Sequence record: OZ035732.1
DNA from: Kayfunavirus PDP351P3
Direction: 5' to 3' (one strand)
DNA length: 39,050 nt
Made by a program: the position numbers and the translations under genes. Of the stretch, positions 5,982 through 15,923 are shown piece after piece (the first letter of the stretch is position 1; every line of letters begins with the position of its first letter). A model generated the notes under the pieces. It did not search any database, was not told where the DNA came from, and saw only the letters and a list, made by a program, of their open reading frames with translations.

Positions 5982-8663
5982 ATGAGCGTCATATCTATTG
6001 ACAAACATGACTTCTCTGATGTGTCGAACGCTATTGAGCCGTTTAACCTGCTGGCCGACCACTATGGGCAAGACCTTGCAGTCAAACAGCTTCAGCTTGA
6101 GCATGAGGCATACACTGAAGGCGAGCGACGTTTCATCAAGAACCTTGAGCGACAGACTGAGCGCGGGGAACTGGCAGACAATCAGGTCGCCAAGCCTTTG
6201 ATGCAGACTCTTGTACCTAAGATTGCGCAAGCCGTCAGGGAGTGGCATGAAGGTCCAGACGGGAAGCTGTCAACCTCTCGTCCGAGCGTAGCGTTCACCA
6301 TGTTGAGCACTGAAGAGAAGGTCGTTAAAGACCGCTCTCTACGCATCTCCTGTGAGTCTGCTGCGGTTATCATACTGAAGGTCATCCTCTCCAAGCTTGT
6401 CAAGCCTGAAGGGATACCGATTACACCGATGGCCTCCGCGATAGGCCGTACACTTGAGGATGAAATCCGCTTCGGTCGCATCCGAGACAAGGAGCAGGAG
6501 CACTTCAAGAAGGCGATAGCTGAGAACCTGAACAAGCGAGCCGGCGCATCCTACAAGAAGGCCTACATGCAAGCTGTTGAGACATCCATGCTAGAGCAGG
6601 GTCAACTGGAAGATGCGTGGGGGACTTGGAGTCCGACCGAGGCTGTCCACGTTGGCATCAAGATGCTTGAGATTGTCATCCAGTCAACACAACTGGTCGA
6701 GCTTAAGCGCTACGGTGCTGGCAATGCAGCGGCTGACGTTGAGATGGTCCACCTGTCAGACTTCTGGGTAAAGAAGATGGCACAACGAGGATTCAGCCTT
6801 GCGGGTATCGCTCCGGTCTACCAACCTTGCGTCGTTCCACCTAAGCCGTGGACTGGTGTCGTAGGAGGTGGGTACTGGGCCAAAGGACGCAGACCACTAC
6901 CACTGATTCGCTTAGGGTCTAAGTCTGCGGTGGCACGTTACGAAGACGTGTACATGCCTGAAGTCTATGACGCTGTGAATATCATCCAGAATACGCCTTG
7001 GAAAGTGAACAAGAAGGTTCTGGACGTGGTGAACATGGTCGAGAAGCTGAATAACACGCCTATTGACGACATCCCTCAGATGGAACCACTGAAGCCTGAA
7101 GACTATGCGGGTGAGACTGAAGAGGAACTCAAGGCGTGGAAGAAGGCTGCTGCTGGTATCTACCGCCGAGAGAAGGCCCGGCAGTCACGCAGATTGTCAC
7201 TGAGCTTTATCGTTAACCAAGCGAACAAGTTCTCTCAGTTCAAGGCCATCTGGTTCCCGTACAACATGGACTGGCGAGGTCGCGTCTACGCTGTGCCGAT
7301 GTTCAACCCTCAGGGTAACGACATGCAAAAGGGTCTCCTGACTCTGGCAGTCGGTAAGCCTATTGGTGCTGATGGTTTCAAATGGCTGAAGGTCCACGGT
7401 GCAAACTGCGCGGGTATTGATAAAGTAACCTTCGAGGAGCGCATAAAGTGGGTTGAAGACAACCACGATAACATCATGGCTACCGCTAAGGCACCGATGG
7501 ACAGCATTGAGTGGTGGGGCAAGTTAGACTCTCCGTTCTGCTTCCTTGCGTTCTGCTTCGAGTATGCTGGCGTAATGTACCACGGTTTGTCTTACTCCTG
7601 TTCGCTGCCGATAGCTTTCGATGGGTCCTGCTCTGGGATTCAGCACTTTAGTGCGATGCTTCGTGATCACATCGGTGGACATGCGGTAAACCTGACGCCT
7701 TCCGGTAAGGTCCAAGACATTTACCGCATCGTGTCTGACCGCATTGAGGAGGAGCTTAAAGTCCTGCTGGTTAACGGTACGGATAACGAGATGGTGACTC
7801 ACGAGGACAAGAAAACGGGTGAGATTACCGAGCGTCTCAAGCTGGGGACACGAGAGCTGGCCCGTCAATGGCTGACATACGGTATGTCACGCAAGGTCAC
7901 TAAGCGCTCAGTAATGACTCTGGCCTACGGGTCGAAAGAGTATGGCTTCGCAGACCAAGTGTACGAGGACATCGTGATGCCAGCGATTGACTCAGGGTCT
8001 GGCGCTATGTTCACTGAGCCAAGCCAAGCGTCTCGCTTCATGGCTAAGATGATTTGGGAAGCTGTGAGCGTGACCGTAGTTGCTGCGGTAGACGCTATGA
8101 AGTGGCTTCAAGGTGCCGCCAAGCTGCTGGCTGCTGAAGTGAAGGACAAGAAGACTGGAGAAATCCTTAAGCCTTGCCTTCCGGTACACTGGGTCACACC
8201 TGATGGTTTCCCGGTCTGGCAGGAATACCGCAAGAAGGATACCACTCGTCTTAACCTGATGTTCTTAGGGTCATTCAACCTTCAGCCTACAGTCAATAAA
8301 GGCATGAAGAAAGAGCTGGACAAGCACAAGCAGGAGTCAGGCATTAGCCCGAACTTCGTCCACTCACAAGATGGTAGCCACCTCCGAAAGACTGTAGTCC
8401 ACACACATCGTAAGTACGGAGTGATGTCATTCGCAGTGATTCATGATAGCTTCGGGACCATCCCGGCTGACGCTGAGTATCTATTCCGTGGTGTCCGCGA
8501 GACGATGGTCGAGACCTACCGCGACAACGATGTGCTGCTTGACTTCTACGAGCAGTTTGAATACCAGCTTCATGAGAGCCAGCGCGACAAGCTGCCAGAG
8601 CTTCCGAAGAAAGGTAAACTGAATATCGAAGACATCTTGTCTTCAGACTTTGCATTCGCTTAA
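5982..8663 (+). CDS. single-subunit DNA-directed RNA polymerase (T7 gene 1-like)
   Basis: 893-aa ORF; long colinear identity blocks with recalled T7 RNAP (FPYNMDWRGRVYAV, MFNPQGNDM, DGSCSGIQHFSAMLRD, RSVTKRSVMTLAYGS, HDSFGT, terminal FAFA). Confidence 0.98.
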   Translation: MSVISIDKHDFSDVSNAIEPFNLLADHYGQDLAVKQLQLEHEAYTEGERRFIKNLERQTERGELADNQVAKPLMQTLVPKIAQAVREWHEGPDGKLSTSRPSVAFTMLSTEEKVVKDRSLRISCESAAVIILKVILSKLVKPEGIPITPMASAIGRTLEDEIRFGRIRDKEQEHFKKAIAENLNKRAGASYKKAYMQAVETSMLEQGQLEDAWGTWSPTEAVHVGIKMLEIVIQSTQLVELKRYGAGNAAADVEMVHLSDFWVKKMAQRGFSLAGIAPVYQPCVVPPKPWTGVVGGGYWAKGRRPLPLIRLGSKSAVARYEDVYMPEVYDAVNIIQNTPWKVNKKVLDVVNMVEKLNNTPIDDIPQMEPLKPEDYAGETEEELKAWKKAAAGIYRREKARQSRRLSLSFIVNQANKFSQFKAIWFPYNMDWRGRVYAVPMFNPQGNDMQKGLLTLAVGKPIGADGFKWLKVHGANCAGIDKVTFEERIKWVEDNHDNIMATAKAPMDSIEWWGKLDSPFCFLAFCFEYAGVMYHGLSYSCSLPIAFDGSCSGIQHFSAMLRDHIGGHAVNLTPSGKVQDIYRIVSDRIEEELKVLLVNGTDNEMVTHEDKKTGEITERLKLGTRELARQWLTYGMSRKVTKRSVMTLAYGSKEYGFADQVYEDIVMPAIDSGSGAMFTEPSQASRFMAKMIWEAVSVTVVAAVDAMKWLQGAAKLLAAEVKDKKTGEILKPCLPVHWVTPDGFPVWQEYRKKDTTRLNLMFLGSFNLQPTVNKGMKKELDKHKQESGISPNFVHSQDGSHLRKTVVHTHRKYGVMSFAVIHDSFGTIPADAEYLFRGVRETMVETYRDNDVLLDFYEQFEYQLHESQRDKLPELPKKGKLNIEDILSSDFAFA

Positions 8664-8675
8664 CAGGAGAGAGCT

Positions 8676-8891
8676 ATGAAATTTGCACACAAGCATACTG
8701 GCGTTAATGGCGGGACTCAAATCGTGACCGTAACAGAACACAACGGAAAGGGTCTGGTGAAGACCACGGTCATTCCTACCGAGATGTCAAAACAGCTTAA
8801 CGTCCCATTCAAGACCCTCGTCTATCTTGTGGAATCTAACCACGAGAAATACCTGAAAGACGCAGTGACCAAGCTGGAGCAGACCAAATGA
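8676..8891 (+). CDS. hypothetical protein (71 aa)
   Basis: ORF-track ORF with AGGAGAGAG RBS directly after gene 1; no homolog recognised. Confidence 0.5.
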   Translation: MKFAHKHTGVNGGTQIVTVTEHNGKGLVKTTVIPTEMSKQLNVPFKTLVYLVESNHEKYLKDAVTKLEQTK

Positions 8892-8965
8892 CAGACCTAC
8901 AGTTGCTGGCCTTGTGGCTGGGAGCACTCGCAGTATTCACTTTAATCCAGCGCAGAAGAGGTTAA

Positions 8966-8988
8966 CCTAAACTATCACTATAGGATTA
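8966..8988 (+). promoter_or_regulatory. phage RNAP promoter (phi1.1-like; candidate primary replication origin region)
   Basis: CCTAAACTATCACTATA-GGATTA; position after gene 1 corresponds to T7 phi1.1A/B, which flank the primary origin. Confidence 0.75.
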
Positions 8989-9030
8989 GACTCAAGGTCA
9001 TGACTCAAAGTCGTGGCCTTCATGATTAAC
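8985..9030 (+). promoter_or_regulatory. conserved structured RNA element copy 2 (putative RNase III site R1.1-like)
   Basis: AGACTCAAGGTCAT-[GACT caa AGTC hairpin]-GTGGCCTTCATGATTA; upper hairpin differs from copies 1 and 3 by compensatory changes. Confidence 0.5.
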
Positions 9031-9060
9031 CCTAATAAACACTACTGGAGATTTAACCGT

Positions 9061-9240
9061 ATGTATCAGAACACTATCAACTTCGAGCGCATCCGTGAAC
9101 GTCAGCAGACTGAAGGTTACATTCCTAAGGGACGCAAGCTGAACAAGACTAAACGTGGTGGTGGCGTGAAGGGTGCTTTCCGTAATGCTGAGGGCAAAGA
9201 CTCTATGGTCAACCAAGAGAAGTATTTCGTAGGAGCATAA
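9061..9240 (+). CDS. gp1.1-like small basic protein
   Basis: ATG 9061 with GGAG RBS 9 nt upstream (track ORF 9013 starts at a GTG inside the RNA element); contains GRKLNKTKR as in recalled T7 gp1.1. Confidence 0.6.
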   Translation: MYQNTINFERIRERQQTEGYIPKGRKLNKTKRGGGVKGAFRNAEGKDSMVNQEKYFVGA

Positions 9241-9244
9241 AAGT

Positions 9245-9496
9245 ATGAGCAGACGTTGGTTATTCGATGCATCCACGAGCCAGTGGTCAGCGTTAGGCCG
9301 GACTCACCGCGAGATGAGTGAGGCAGGACTTGATGTCCTAATGGATGACTCGCCGTGCTCAGGAAAAACTCTGGTCAGAATAATTGAAGCAGACGGTGGG
9401 AGGCTTCTGGTCTCCAGAGAATTTACCGAAGATGAAATCTTTAACTGTGAGCAATGGTGCTTACAACAATTGAACGCTTATAGGAGCTGGAAATAA
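9245..9496 (+). CDS. gp1.2-like protein (candidate inhibitor of host dGTPase)
   Basis: 83-aa ORF at gene 1.2 position; pattern similarity to recalled T7 gp1.2 (R..IED..G.L...F..E..FN.C..WL, terminal WK). Confidence 0.55.
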   Translation: MSRRWLFDASTSQWSALGRTHREMSEAGLDVLMDDSPCSGKTLVRIIEADGGRLLVSREFTEDEIFNCEQWCLQQLNAYRSWK

Positions 9497-10575
9497 TGAC
9501 TACTACTCTCAAGACCAACCCGCACCGCGCTGTAGATTACTCTGAGTCTGGCATTAAGAAGGCACTGGAGGCAGCAGGGTCTCTGGAAGCTGAGGTGAAG
9601 TACGATGGTGTGCGCCTGAATCTCCCGGTCCTGCGTGAAGGTGAGACCTACTGGCTGAGCCGTGAGTCGAAACCCCTGCCTGCCTTGGAATGGATGAACT
9701 CTGAGTTAGGTAATGCGTGGACCCAAGCTGACTGGCGCTGGTTCCTACGTCAAGCTGGATACGAAGGCGTGGGCCTGATGATTGACGGAGAGGTAATGGT
9801 CAAAGGCGTTGACTTCAACACCTCCTCAGGTCTCATCCGAACGAAGTGGCTGAAGCCTAGCAACGAGGAGTTCGCCGCTGTATGCTATCCGGGCCGTGGC
9901 AAGAAGGTCCCGTTCTGGGTCGCCCGGTCACGACTTCAGGTTGTTGTATACGGTGTCGTAGACATGACAACCATTGCTGACCCGAAAGCCGAAGGTCCTA
10001 TCCATAGCGTAACCCGACTGAAGGCCGAAGCTATCGTCCCTCTACTTCAGAAATACTTCCCGGAAATCGACTGGGTTCTGTCTGAGTCACACACGGTCTA
10101 TGACCTTGAGTCGCTCAACTCCCTGTACGAAGAGAAGCGTCTGGAAGGACATGAGGGTCTGGTAGTCAAGGACCCACTTGGTAAGTGGAAGCGTGGCAAG
10201 AAGTCAGGCATGTGGAAAATGAAGCCTGAGGATACCATCGACGGGACCGTATGCGGACTCGTGTGGGGGACTCCGGGTAAGGCCAACGAAGGTAAGGTGA
10301 TTGGCTTTGAGGTGCTGCTTGAGGATGGCATGGTGGTCAATGCTTGTGGCCTGACTGAAGAACAGAAGGACGAGTTCACGGCAGAAGTATTTAACCGCAA
10401 TGGGATTGACTCCCAGCGCGAGTACGAGGAATTGCTTTGTATTGAGACTTTCAACCCTTACGGCGGGTGGCAGTGTGAAGTCCTCTTCATGGAGCGGTTC
10501 CCTGATGGTTCCTTACGTCACCCTAGCTTCAAGTGCTGGCGCGGGACGGAAGATAACCCGACCATTAAGAGCTAA
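9496..10575 (+). CDS. ATP-dependent DNA ligase (T7 gene 1.3-like)
   Basis: 359-aa ORF; KTNP..AV...ES.IKKAL, adenylation motif E-KYDGVR, EGHEGLVVKDP, KRGKKSGMWKMKPE, DGSLRHPSF.RGTEDNP match recalled T7 ligase. Confidence 0.95.
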   Translation: MTTTLKTNPHRAVDYSESGIKKALEAAGSLEAEVKYDGVRLNLPVLREGETYWLSRESKPLPALEWMNSELGNAWTQADWRWFLRQAGYEGVGLMIDGEVMVKGVDFNTSSGLIRTKWLKPSNEEFAAVCYPGRGKKVPFWVARSRLQVVVYGVVDMTTIADPKAEGPIHSVTRLKAEAIVPLLQKYFPEIDWVLSESHTVYDLESLNSLYEEKRLEGHEGLVVKDPLGKWKRGKKSGMWKMKPEDTIDGTVCGLVWGTPGKANEGKVIGFEVLLEDGMVVNACGLTEEQKDEFTAEVFNRNGIDSQREYEELLCIETFNPYGGWQCEVLFMERFPDGSLRHPSFKCWRGTEDNPTIKS

Positions 10576-10584
10576 CTAAATGTC

Positions 10585-10620
10585 AACCCAGTGGTCTTCG
10601 CGGACTGCTGGGTTTCTTTG
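10585..10620 (+). terminator. putative intrinsic terminator for host RNAP (TE-like) after ligase
   Basis: Imperfect hairpin AACCCAGTGGTC...GACTGCTGGGTT followed by TCTTTGCTTTG; same location as T7 TE. Confidence 0.5.
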
Positions 10621-10660
10621 CTTTGTGCTAGCAAGCTATCGTCTGGGACACCAGCCTGAC

Positions 10661-10683
10661 CCTAAGCTATCACTATAGGACAA
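10661..10683 (+). promoter_or_regulatory. phage RNAP promoter (phi1.5/1.6-like)
   Basis: CCTAAGCTATCACTATA-GGACAA (G at -12). Confidence 0.7.
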
Positions 10684-10707
10684 CCATCAACAACCTAAGG
10701 AGACTCT

Positions 10708-10968
10708 ATGTCTAAGAACTTAATGTTCAACCGTTATTCTAGTACCTTCCACCTGTCCAACAACCTGTTCGCTTGCATTAAGCGAAACGAGAAGCTGGGC
10801 TACTTCGGGAAGGCCGTTAAGCTGTCACCTACAGTATTCGCTCTGATTACTCCGGGCAAAGCTGAAGAGGCTCGCCAGAAGCGTGAGACAAATGTGCCCG
10901 TGGTCCACACTAAGTGGCCACGCGTTCGTCTGTTCGTTGAGTTCGTAAAGGAGGTGGTAAATGGCTAA
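10708..10968 (+). CDS. hypothetical protein (gene 1.6 position)
   Basis: 86-aa ORF-track ORF with AAGGAG RBS; no homolog recognised. Confidence 0.55.
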   Translation: MSKNLMFNRYSSTFHLSNNLFACIKRNEKLGYFGKAVKLSPTVFALITPGKAEEARQKRETNVPVVHTKWPRVRLFVEFVKEVVNG

Positions 10969-11293
10969 GCACAAGGAGTGGTGTCGCTCGGTCCTTAGCT
11001 TCGGTTCGTGCGACTGCGGTGCTGGTAACAGCATCATCGCCGCGTGTAGTAAAGATGACGGGGTTCGCAAGCCATCTCACTATCAGGTCTTTGATGGCGT
11101 GGAATCCATTGAGATTATAGCACGGTCAATGACTGTCAGCGAGTTCCGTGGGTTCTGCTTAGGCAACGTCCTGAAGTATCGACTCCGGGCTGGTAAGAAG
11201 TCAGAGCTGGCTACTATGGAGAAGGACTTGAACAAAGCAGCCTTCTATCAGGAGCTGTTCGACCAACATAAAGGTAAATGTTATGCTGCCTAG
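10961..11293 (+). CDS. gp1.7-like nucleotide kinase (short form)
   Basis: C-terminal 75 aa nearly colinear with recalled T7 gp1.7 (KPSHY..FD..E.IE.IARSMTV..F.G.C.GN.LKYRLRAGKKSELA..EKDL.KA.FY.ELF..HK.KCYA); N-terminus much shorter than T7. Confidence 0.8.
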   Translation: MAKHKEWCRSVLSFGSCDCGAGNSIIAACSKDDGVRKPSHYQVFDGVESIEIIARSMTVSEFRGFCLGNVLKYRLRAGKKSELATMEKDLNKAAFYQELFDQHKGKCYAA

Positions 11294-11378
11294 TGAGTGG
11301 TGCCGGGAGATGTATGAGAAGACTCTCAACCCGGACTACATTACGTTATACAACCAATGGAAGGAGCGCGGTCTATGA
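11283..11378 (+). CDS. hypothetical small protein (31 aa, gene 1.8 position)
   Basis: Short ORF whose stop overlaps gp2 start (ATGA); weak RBS; frame choice uncertain. Confidence 0.25.
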   Translation: MLPSEWCREMYEKTLNPDYITLYNQWKERGL

Positions 11379-11533
11379 CTGAGGTTGAGAAGAAGTACAT
11401 CGTGGAGCTTGAGGGTCGCGTTCAGTCCTTCGAGGTTCCGGTGTACGCAAAGTCTCTTGAAGAGGCTACCATGAAGTCCCAAGAGTATGAGGACGCTGGG
11501 TTTGTGGTCGGACGGATTCGTCCTGAGACCTAA
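11375..11533 (+). CDS. host RNA polymerase inhibitor (T7 gp2-like)
   Basis: 52-aa ORF (below ORF-track cutoff); [14 protein letters not shown]...[14 protein letters not shown] matches recalled T7 gp2 (SFEVPIYAETLDEA...PAGFEVTRVRP). Confidence 0.75.
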   Translation: MTEVEKKYIVELEGRVQSFEVPVYAKSLEEATMKSQEYEDAGFVVGRIRPET

Positions 11534-11551
11534 ACTATCACTGTAGGACAT
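11529..11551 (+). promoter_or_regulatory. phage RNAP promoter variant (phi2.5-like)
   Basis: CTAAACTATCACTGTA-GGACAT; one core mismatch (G at -3). Confidence 0.55.
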
Positions 11552-11590
11552 ACGTCCAGTTCGTAACTTTAAATTAGGAGATTTACACCG

Positions 11591-12289
11591 ATGGCTAAAG
11601 AGAAACTGAAGACTTTCACCACTCCGGTAGCTGGTATCGTTGAGCCTTACGCATGGCTGAACAAAGCAGACACCAAGTTTAATGAGCGTGGTGAGCATAA
11701 GGTTAACCTGACTTTCAGTCTGGATGACCCGAAGGTCCGTAAGATGATTGATGTCTTACAGAAGATTCACGACGATGCGTATGCGAAAGCACTCGCAGAC
11801 CACGAGAAGAACCCACCTCAGGTTCAGCGTGGCAAGAAGCCTATCGAGCCGCGTGAAGGCGATATGCCGTGGATTGAGAATGGTGACGGTACTGTTACCC
11901 TGAAGTTTAAATGCTTTGCGTCTTACCTTAAAGACGGCAAGTCAGAGCCTATCGTATTACGGTTCTACGACACCGATGCTAAACTCATCCGTGACGTCCC
12001 GAATATTGGCGCTGGCTCCAAACTGAAGGTCAAGTTTAAAGTCATGCCGTTTAAGTGGAACGCTGCGACTGGTGCAAGCGTTAAGCTCCAGCTTGAGTCC
12101 TGCCTTCTGGTAGAACTGAAGGAGTGGAAAGGCGATGGTGCTGGTGGTGATGGTGGCTGGGGTGATGATGAAGACATCGGTACTGGCTACAAAGCGTCAA
12201 CTGATGGTGACTTCGGGTCTGATGACTTCGGTGACGATGGTTCCGAAGGTGATGACGACTCCGGCTCTGGTGGCGATTACGACTTCTAA
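11591..12289 (+). CDS. single-stranded DNA-binding protein (T7 gp2.5-like)
   Basis: 232 aa; GDMPW..NGDGT.T.KFKC.AS, GSKLKVK, KWN.A.GASVKLQLES..LVEL, acidic Gly/Asp-rich tail ending in F as in T7 gp2.5. Confidence 0.95.
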   Translation: MAKEKLKTFTTPVAGIVEPYAWLNKADTKFNERGEHKVNLTFSLDDPKVRKMIDVLQKIHDDAYAKALADHEKNPPQVQRGKKPIEPREGDMPWIENGDGTVTLKFKCFASYLKDGKSEPIVLRFYDTDAKLIRDVPNIGAGSKLKVKFKVMPFKWNAATGASVKLQLESCLLVELKEWKGDGAGGDGGWGDDEDIGTGYKASTDGDFGSDDFGDDGSEGDDDSGSGGDYDF

Positions 12290-12741
12290 TGGCCCAATGG
12301 TCTGCAAAACGGGGGCACTCTGTGGGTGCCTACCGCTCTGGACTTGAAGCCAAGAACCAGCAGTGGCTGGAACAGAACGGCGTCAAAGCGGAGTACGAAA
12401 GCCATTATATCAACTATGTGATTCCGGCTTCCGACCACAAGTACACACCAGATTTTATCCTTCCCAACGGTATCATCGTGGAGACCAAAGGTATATTCGA
12501 TAGTGATGACCGTAAGAAGCACCTTCTGGTACGAGAACAGCATCCAGAGTTAGACATCCGGTTCGTGTTCTCAAGTTCCCGCTCCAAGTTATACAAAGGG
12601 TCTCCGACCACGTATGGCGCATGGTGCGAAAAGAACGGCTATAAGTATGCCGATAAGTTCATCCCGGTTGAGTGGCTCCGAGAGGCGACTGTACGTCTGC
12701 CTTCAGGTATACTCATCCCCAAGAAGAAAGGAGTTAAGTGA
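12289..12741 (+). CDS. endonuclease I, Holliday-junction resolvase (T7 gene 3-like)
   Basis: 150 aa; VGAYRSGLE, YVIPAS.H.YTPDF.LPNGI.VETKG...SDDRKKHLL.REQHPELDIR.VFSSSR.KLYKGSPT.YG matches recalled T7 endo I. Confidence 0.95.
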   Translation: MAQWSAKRGHSVGAYRSGLEAKNQQWLEQNGVKAEYESHYINYVIPASDHKYTPDFILPNGIIVETKGIFDSDDRKKHLLVREQHPELDIRFVFSSSRSKLYKGSPTTYGAWCEKNGYKYADKFIPVEWLREATVRLPSGILIPKKKGVK

Positions 12742-13196
12742 TGACTACCTGTAAAGACCTTGAAGTTGGAACACGTTACAGATTCTCAAAGAACACCCTG
12801 TTGAATAACCCCGGATTCACTGATGCTGTTTTCGAAAAGCGAGAAGACCATAGCGTAATTGTGGAGAAGGGGTGGCATCCTGAGGATTACATCGGTGAGA
12901 CTACCAGCTGGAATGGTCACGAGACCTACAGTGTAGAAGTTGTTGACCAGCCTCAAGTCCTGCCAGCTTCGAGCGTACCACCTGTGACTGTGAAGCGTGA
13001 AGTCCTGACCATCGACAAGATTGGTGTGGGCCAGACGTTCATCGTCCACGGTAAACCGGAGGAAGTGTACGTTAAGATTAGTAACTCACACGTCTTCAAC
13101 CATAAGCGCCTCCAGATGCACACCACGGATGCACAGCGCTTCACCCAGCACCTGAATCTTGTGGTCGTAGAATTGGTGGTGTACAATGGTAAGTAA
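12741..13196 (+). CDS. hypothetical protein (151 aa) between endonuclease I and amidase
   Basis: ORF-track ORF (ATG 12741, AAAGGAG RBS); typical local codon usage; T7 has no gene here; no homolog recognised. Confidence 0.6.
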   Translation: MTTCKDLEVGTRYRFSKNTLLNNPGFTDAVFEKREDHSVIVEKGWHPEDYIGETTSWNGHETYSVEVVDQPQVLPASSVPPVTVKREVLTIDKIGVGQTFIVHGKPEEVYVKISNSHVFNHKRLQMHTTDAQRFTQHLNLVVVELVVYNGK

Positions 13197-13644
13197 GGTA
13201 CAGTTCAACCCACGGTCCCGGACTGACGCTATCTTCGTTCACTGTTCGGCTACCAAGCCAGAGATGGACATCGGGGTAGAGACCATCCGTATGTGGCATA
13301 AGCAACAAGGCTGGCTGGACGTAGGCTACCACTTTATCATCAAGCGCGATGGTACTGTGGAAGAGGGTCGCCCGGTCAATGTCGTAGGGTCACACGTTAA
13401 GGACTGGAACTCACGGTCTGTAGGCGTCTGCCTTGTAGGTGGAATTGATGCTAAGGGAAAGTTTGAAGCTAACTTCACTCCGGCCCAGATGAACTCACTG
13501 CGAAACAAGCTGGCTGACCTGAAGGTCCTGTATCCTCAGGCAGAAATCAAAGCACACCATGACGTAGCGCCAAAGGCGTGTCCAAGTTTCGACTTACAAC
13601 GCTGGCTGTCTACCAACGAACTGGTCACTTCCGACCACTGTTAA
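13186..13644 (+). CDS. N-acetylmuramoyl-L-alanine amidase / T7 lysozyme (gene 3.5-like)
   Basis: 152 aa; VQF..R..TDAIFVHCSATKP, WLDVGYHFIIKRDGTVE.GR, GVCLVGGID.KGKF.ANFTPAQM.SLR, AHH.VAPKACPSFDL.RW, terminal ELVTSD match recalled T7 gp3.5. Confidence 0.95.
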   Translation: MVSKVQFNPRSRTDAIFVHCSATKPEMDIGVETIRMWHKQQGWLDVGYHFIIKRDGTVEEGRPVNVVGSHVKDWNSRSVGVCLVGGIDAKGKFEANFTPAQMNSLRNKLADLKVLYPQAEIKAHHDVAPKACPSFDLQRWLSTNELVTSDHC

Positions 13645-13667
13645 TAAACTCTAAAGGAGAAAACCAA

Positions 13668-13883
13668 ATGATTAAACTTATCGAATTTCTTGGTCGTCTG
13701 GTGGTGCGTGGTTATCGTCGTGCTGCGGCTATGGAACGAAAGGTAGAAAAGAAGACTGCTGATGGTGCGGCTGATGCTGCTGCTCTAGCTGACAAGCTGA
13801 CCATCGCGTCACTGGAAGCTGGGATGAAGGCACGTCAAGCTGACACCAAAGCTGACCAGTTGTCTCAGTTCTTCAAAGCCTAA
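13668..13883 (+). CDS. hypothetical Ala-rich protein (71 aa)
   Basis: ATG 13668 with AAAGGAG RBS (track ORF 13578 extends upstream without RBS); no homolog recognised. Confidence 0.5.
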   Translation: MIKLIEFLGRLVVRGYRRAAAMERKVEKKTADGAADAAALADKLTIASLEAGMKARQADTKADQLSQFFKA

Positions 13884-13901
13884 ACTATCACCTTAGGGAT
13901 G
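13879..13901 (+). promoter_or_regulatory. weak or variant phage RNAP promoter upstream of gene 4
   Basis: CCTAAACTATCACCTTA-GGGATG; upstream half matches consensus, -4 and -3 deviate (CT instead of TA). Confidence 0.4.
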
Positions 13902-13948
13902 AGACCATGAGTCCTGTCCCTTTGTTCGCATTTGTGATTAAGGAGTGA

Positions 13949-15652
<1,704 letters not shown>

Positions 15653-15694
15653 TCGGGACATAGCTGACTATAAGAATTTTATGGAGGACCGTTA

Positions 15695-15859
15695 GTGTTA
15701 AAGAAACTTAAAGCTCGATACCATCGGTTCATGTACAAATGGTGGAGCGATGAAGCAACCTGCCTGTCGAACATTCTGGGAGACCAAAGGTTCGACTCTA
15801 AGGCATGGAAGAAAGCTAACCGGAAGTTTATGTATCACTTCTTGCGTACAGACTTATAG
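15695..15859 (+). CDS. hypothetical small protein (54 aa, GTG start)
   Basis: GGAGGA RBS 7 nt upstream of GTG; below ORF-track cutoff; Trp/Lys-rich; T7 gene 4.5/4.7 position. Confidence 0.3.
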   Translation: MLKKLKARYHRFMYKWWSDEATCLSNILGDQRFDSKAWKKANRKFMYHFLRTDL

Positions 15860-15860
15860 G

Positions 15861-15902
15861 TCTAGACTCAAGGTCATTCACTTCGAGTGGCCTTTATGAT
15901 TA
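15861..15902 (+). promoter_or_regulatory. conserved structured RNA element copy 3 (putative RNase III site upstream of DNA polymerase)
   Basis: AGACTCAAGGTCAT-[CACT tcg AGTG hairpin]-GGCCTTTATGATTA, then RBS GCGGAGGA and ATG 15924. Confidence 0.5.
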
Positions 15903-15923
15903 GACTAAAGCGGAGGATTAACC

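Noticed and set aside
8888-8965. 25-aa hydrophobic ORF (MTDLQLLALWLGALAVFTLIQRRRG) between ORF 8676-8891 and the phi1.1-like promoter
   Set aside because: Very short, no clear RBS, and I cannot tell it from chance. It could be a real membrane peptide but the evidence is insufficient.
9013-9060. Start of gene 1.1 at 9013 (ORF-track call)
   Set aside because: 9013 is a GTG inside the conserved RNA element with no RBS. ATG 9061 has a GGAG RBS and gives a product closer in size to T7 gp1.1.
12135-12347. 70-aa ORF overlapping the SSB C-terminal tail and the endonuclease I start
   Set aside because: Alternate-frame reading of the repetitive acidic-tail coding sequence, with no independent signals.
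13578-13667. Upstream extension of ORF 13578-13883 into the amidase gene
   Set aside because: No RBS at 13578 and it overlaps the conserved amidase C-terminus. ATG 13668 has a strong RBS.
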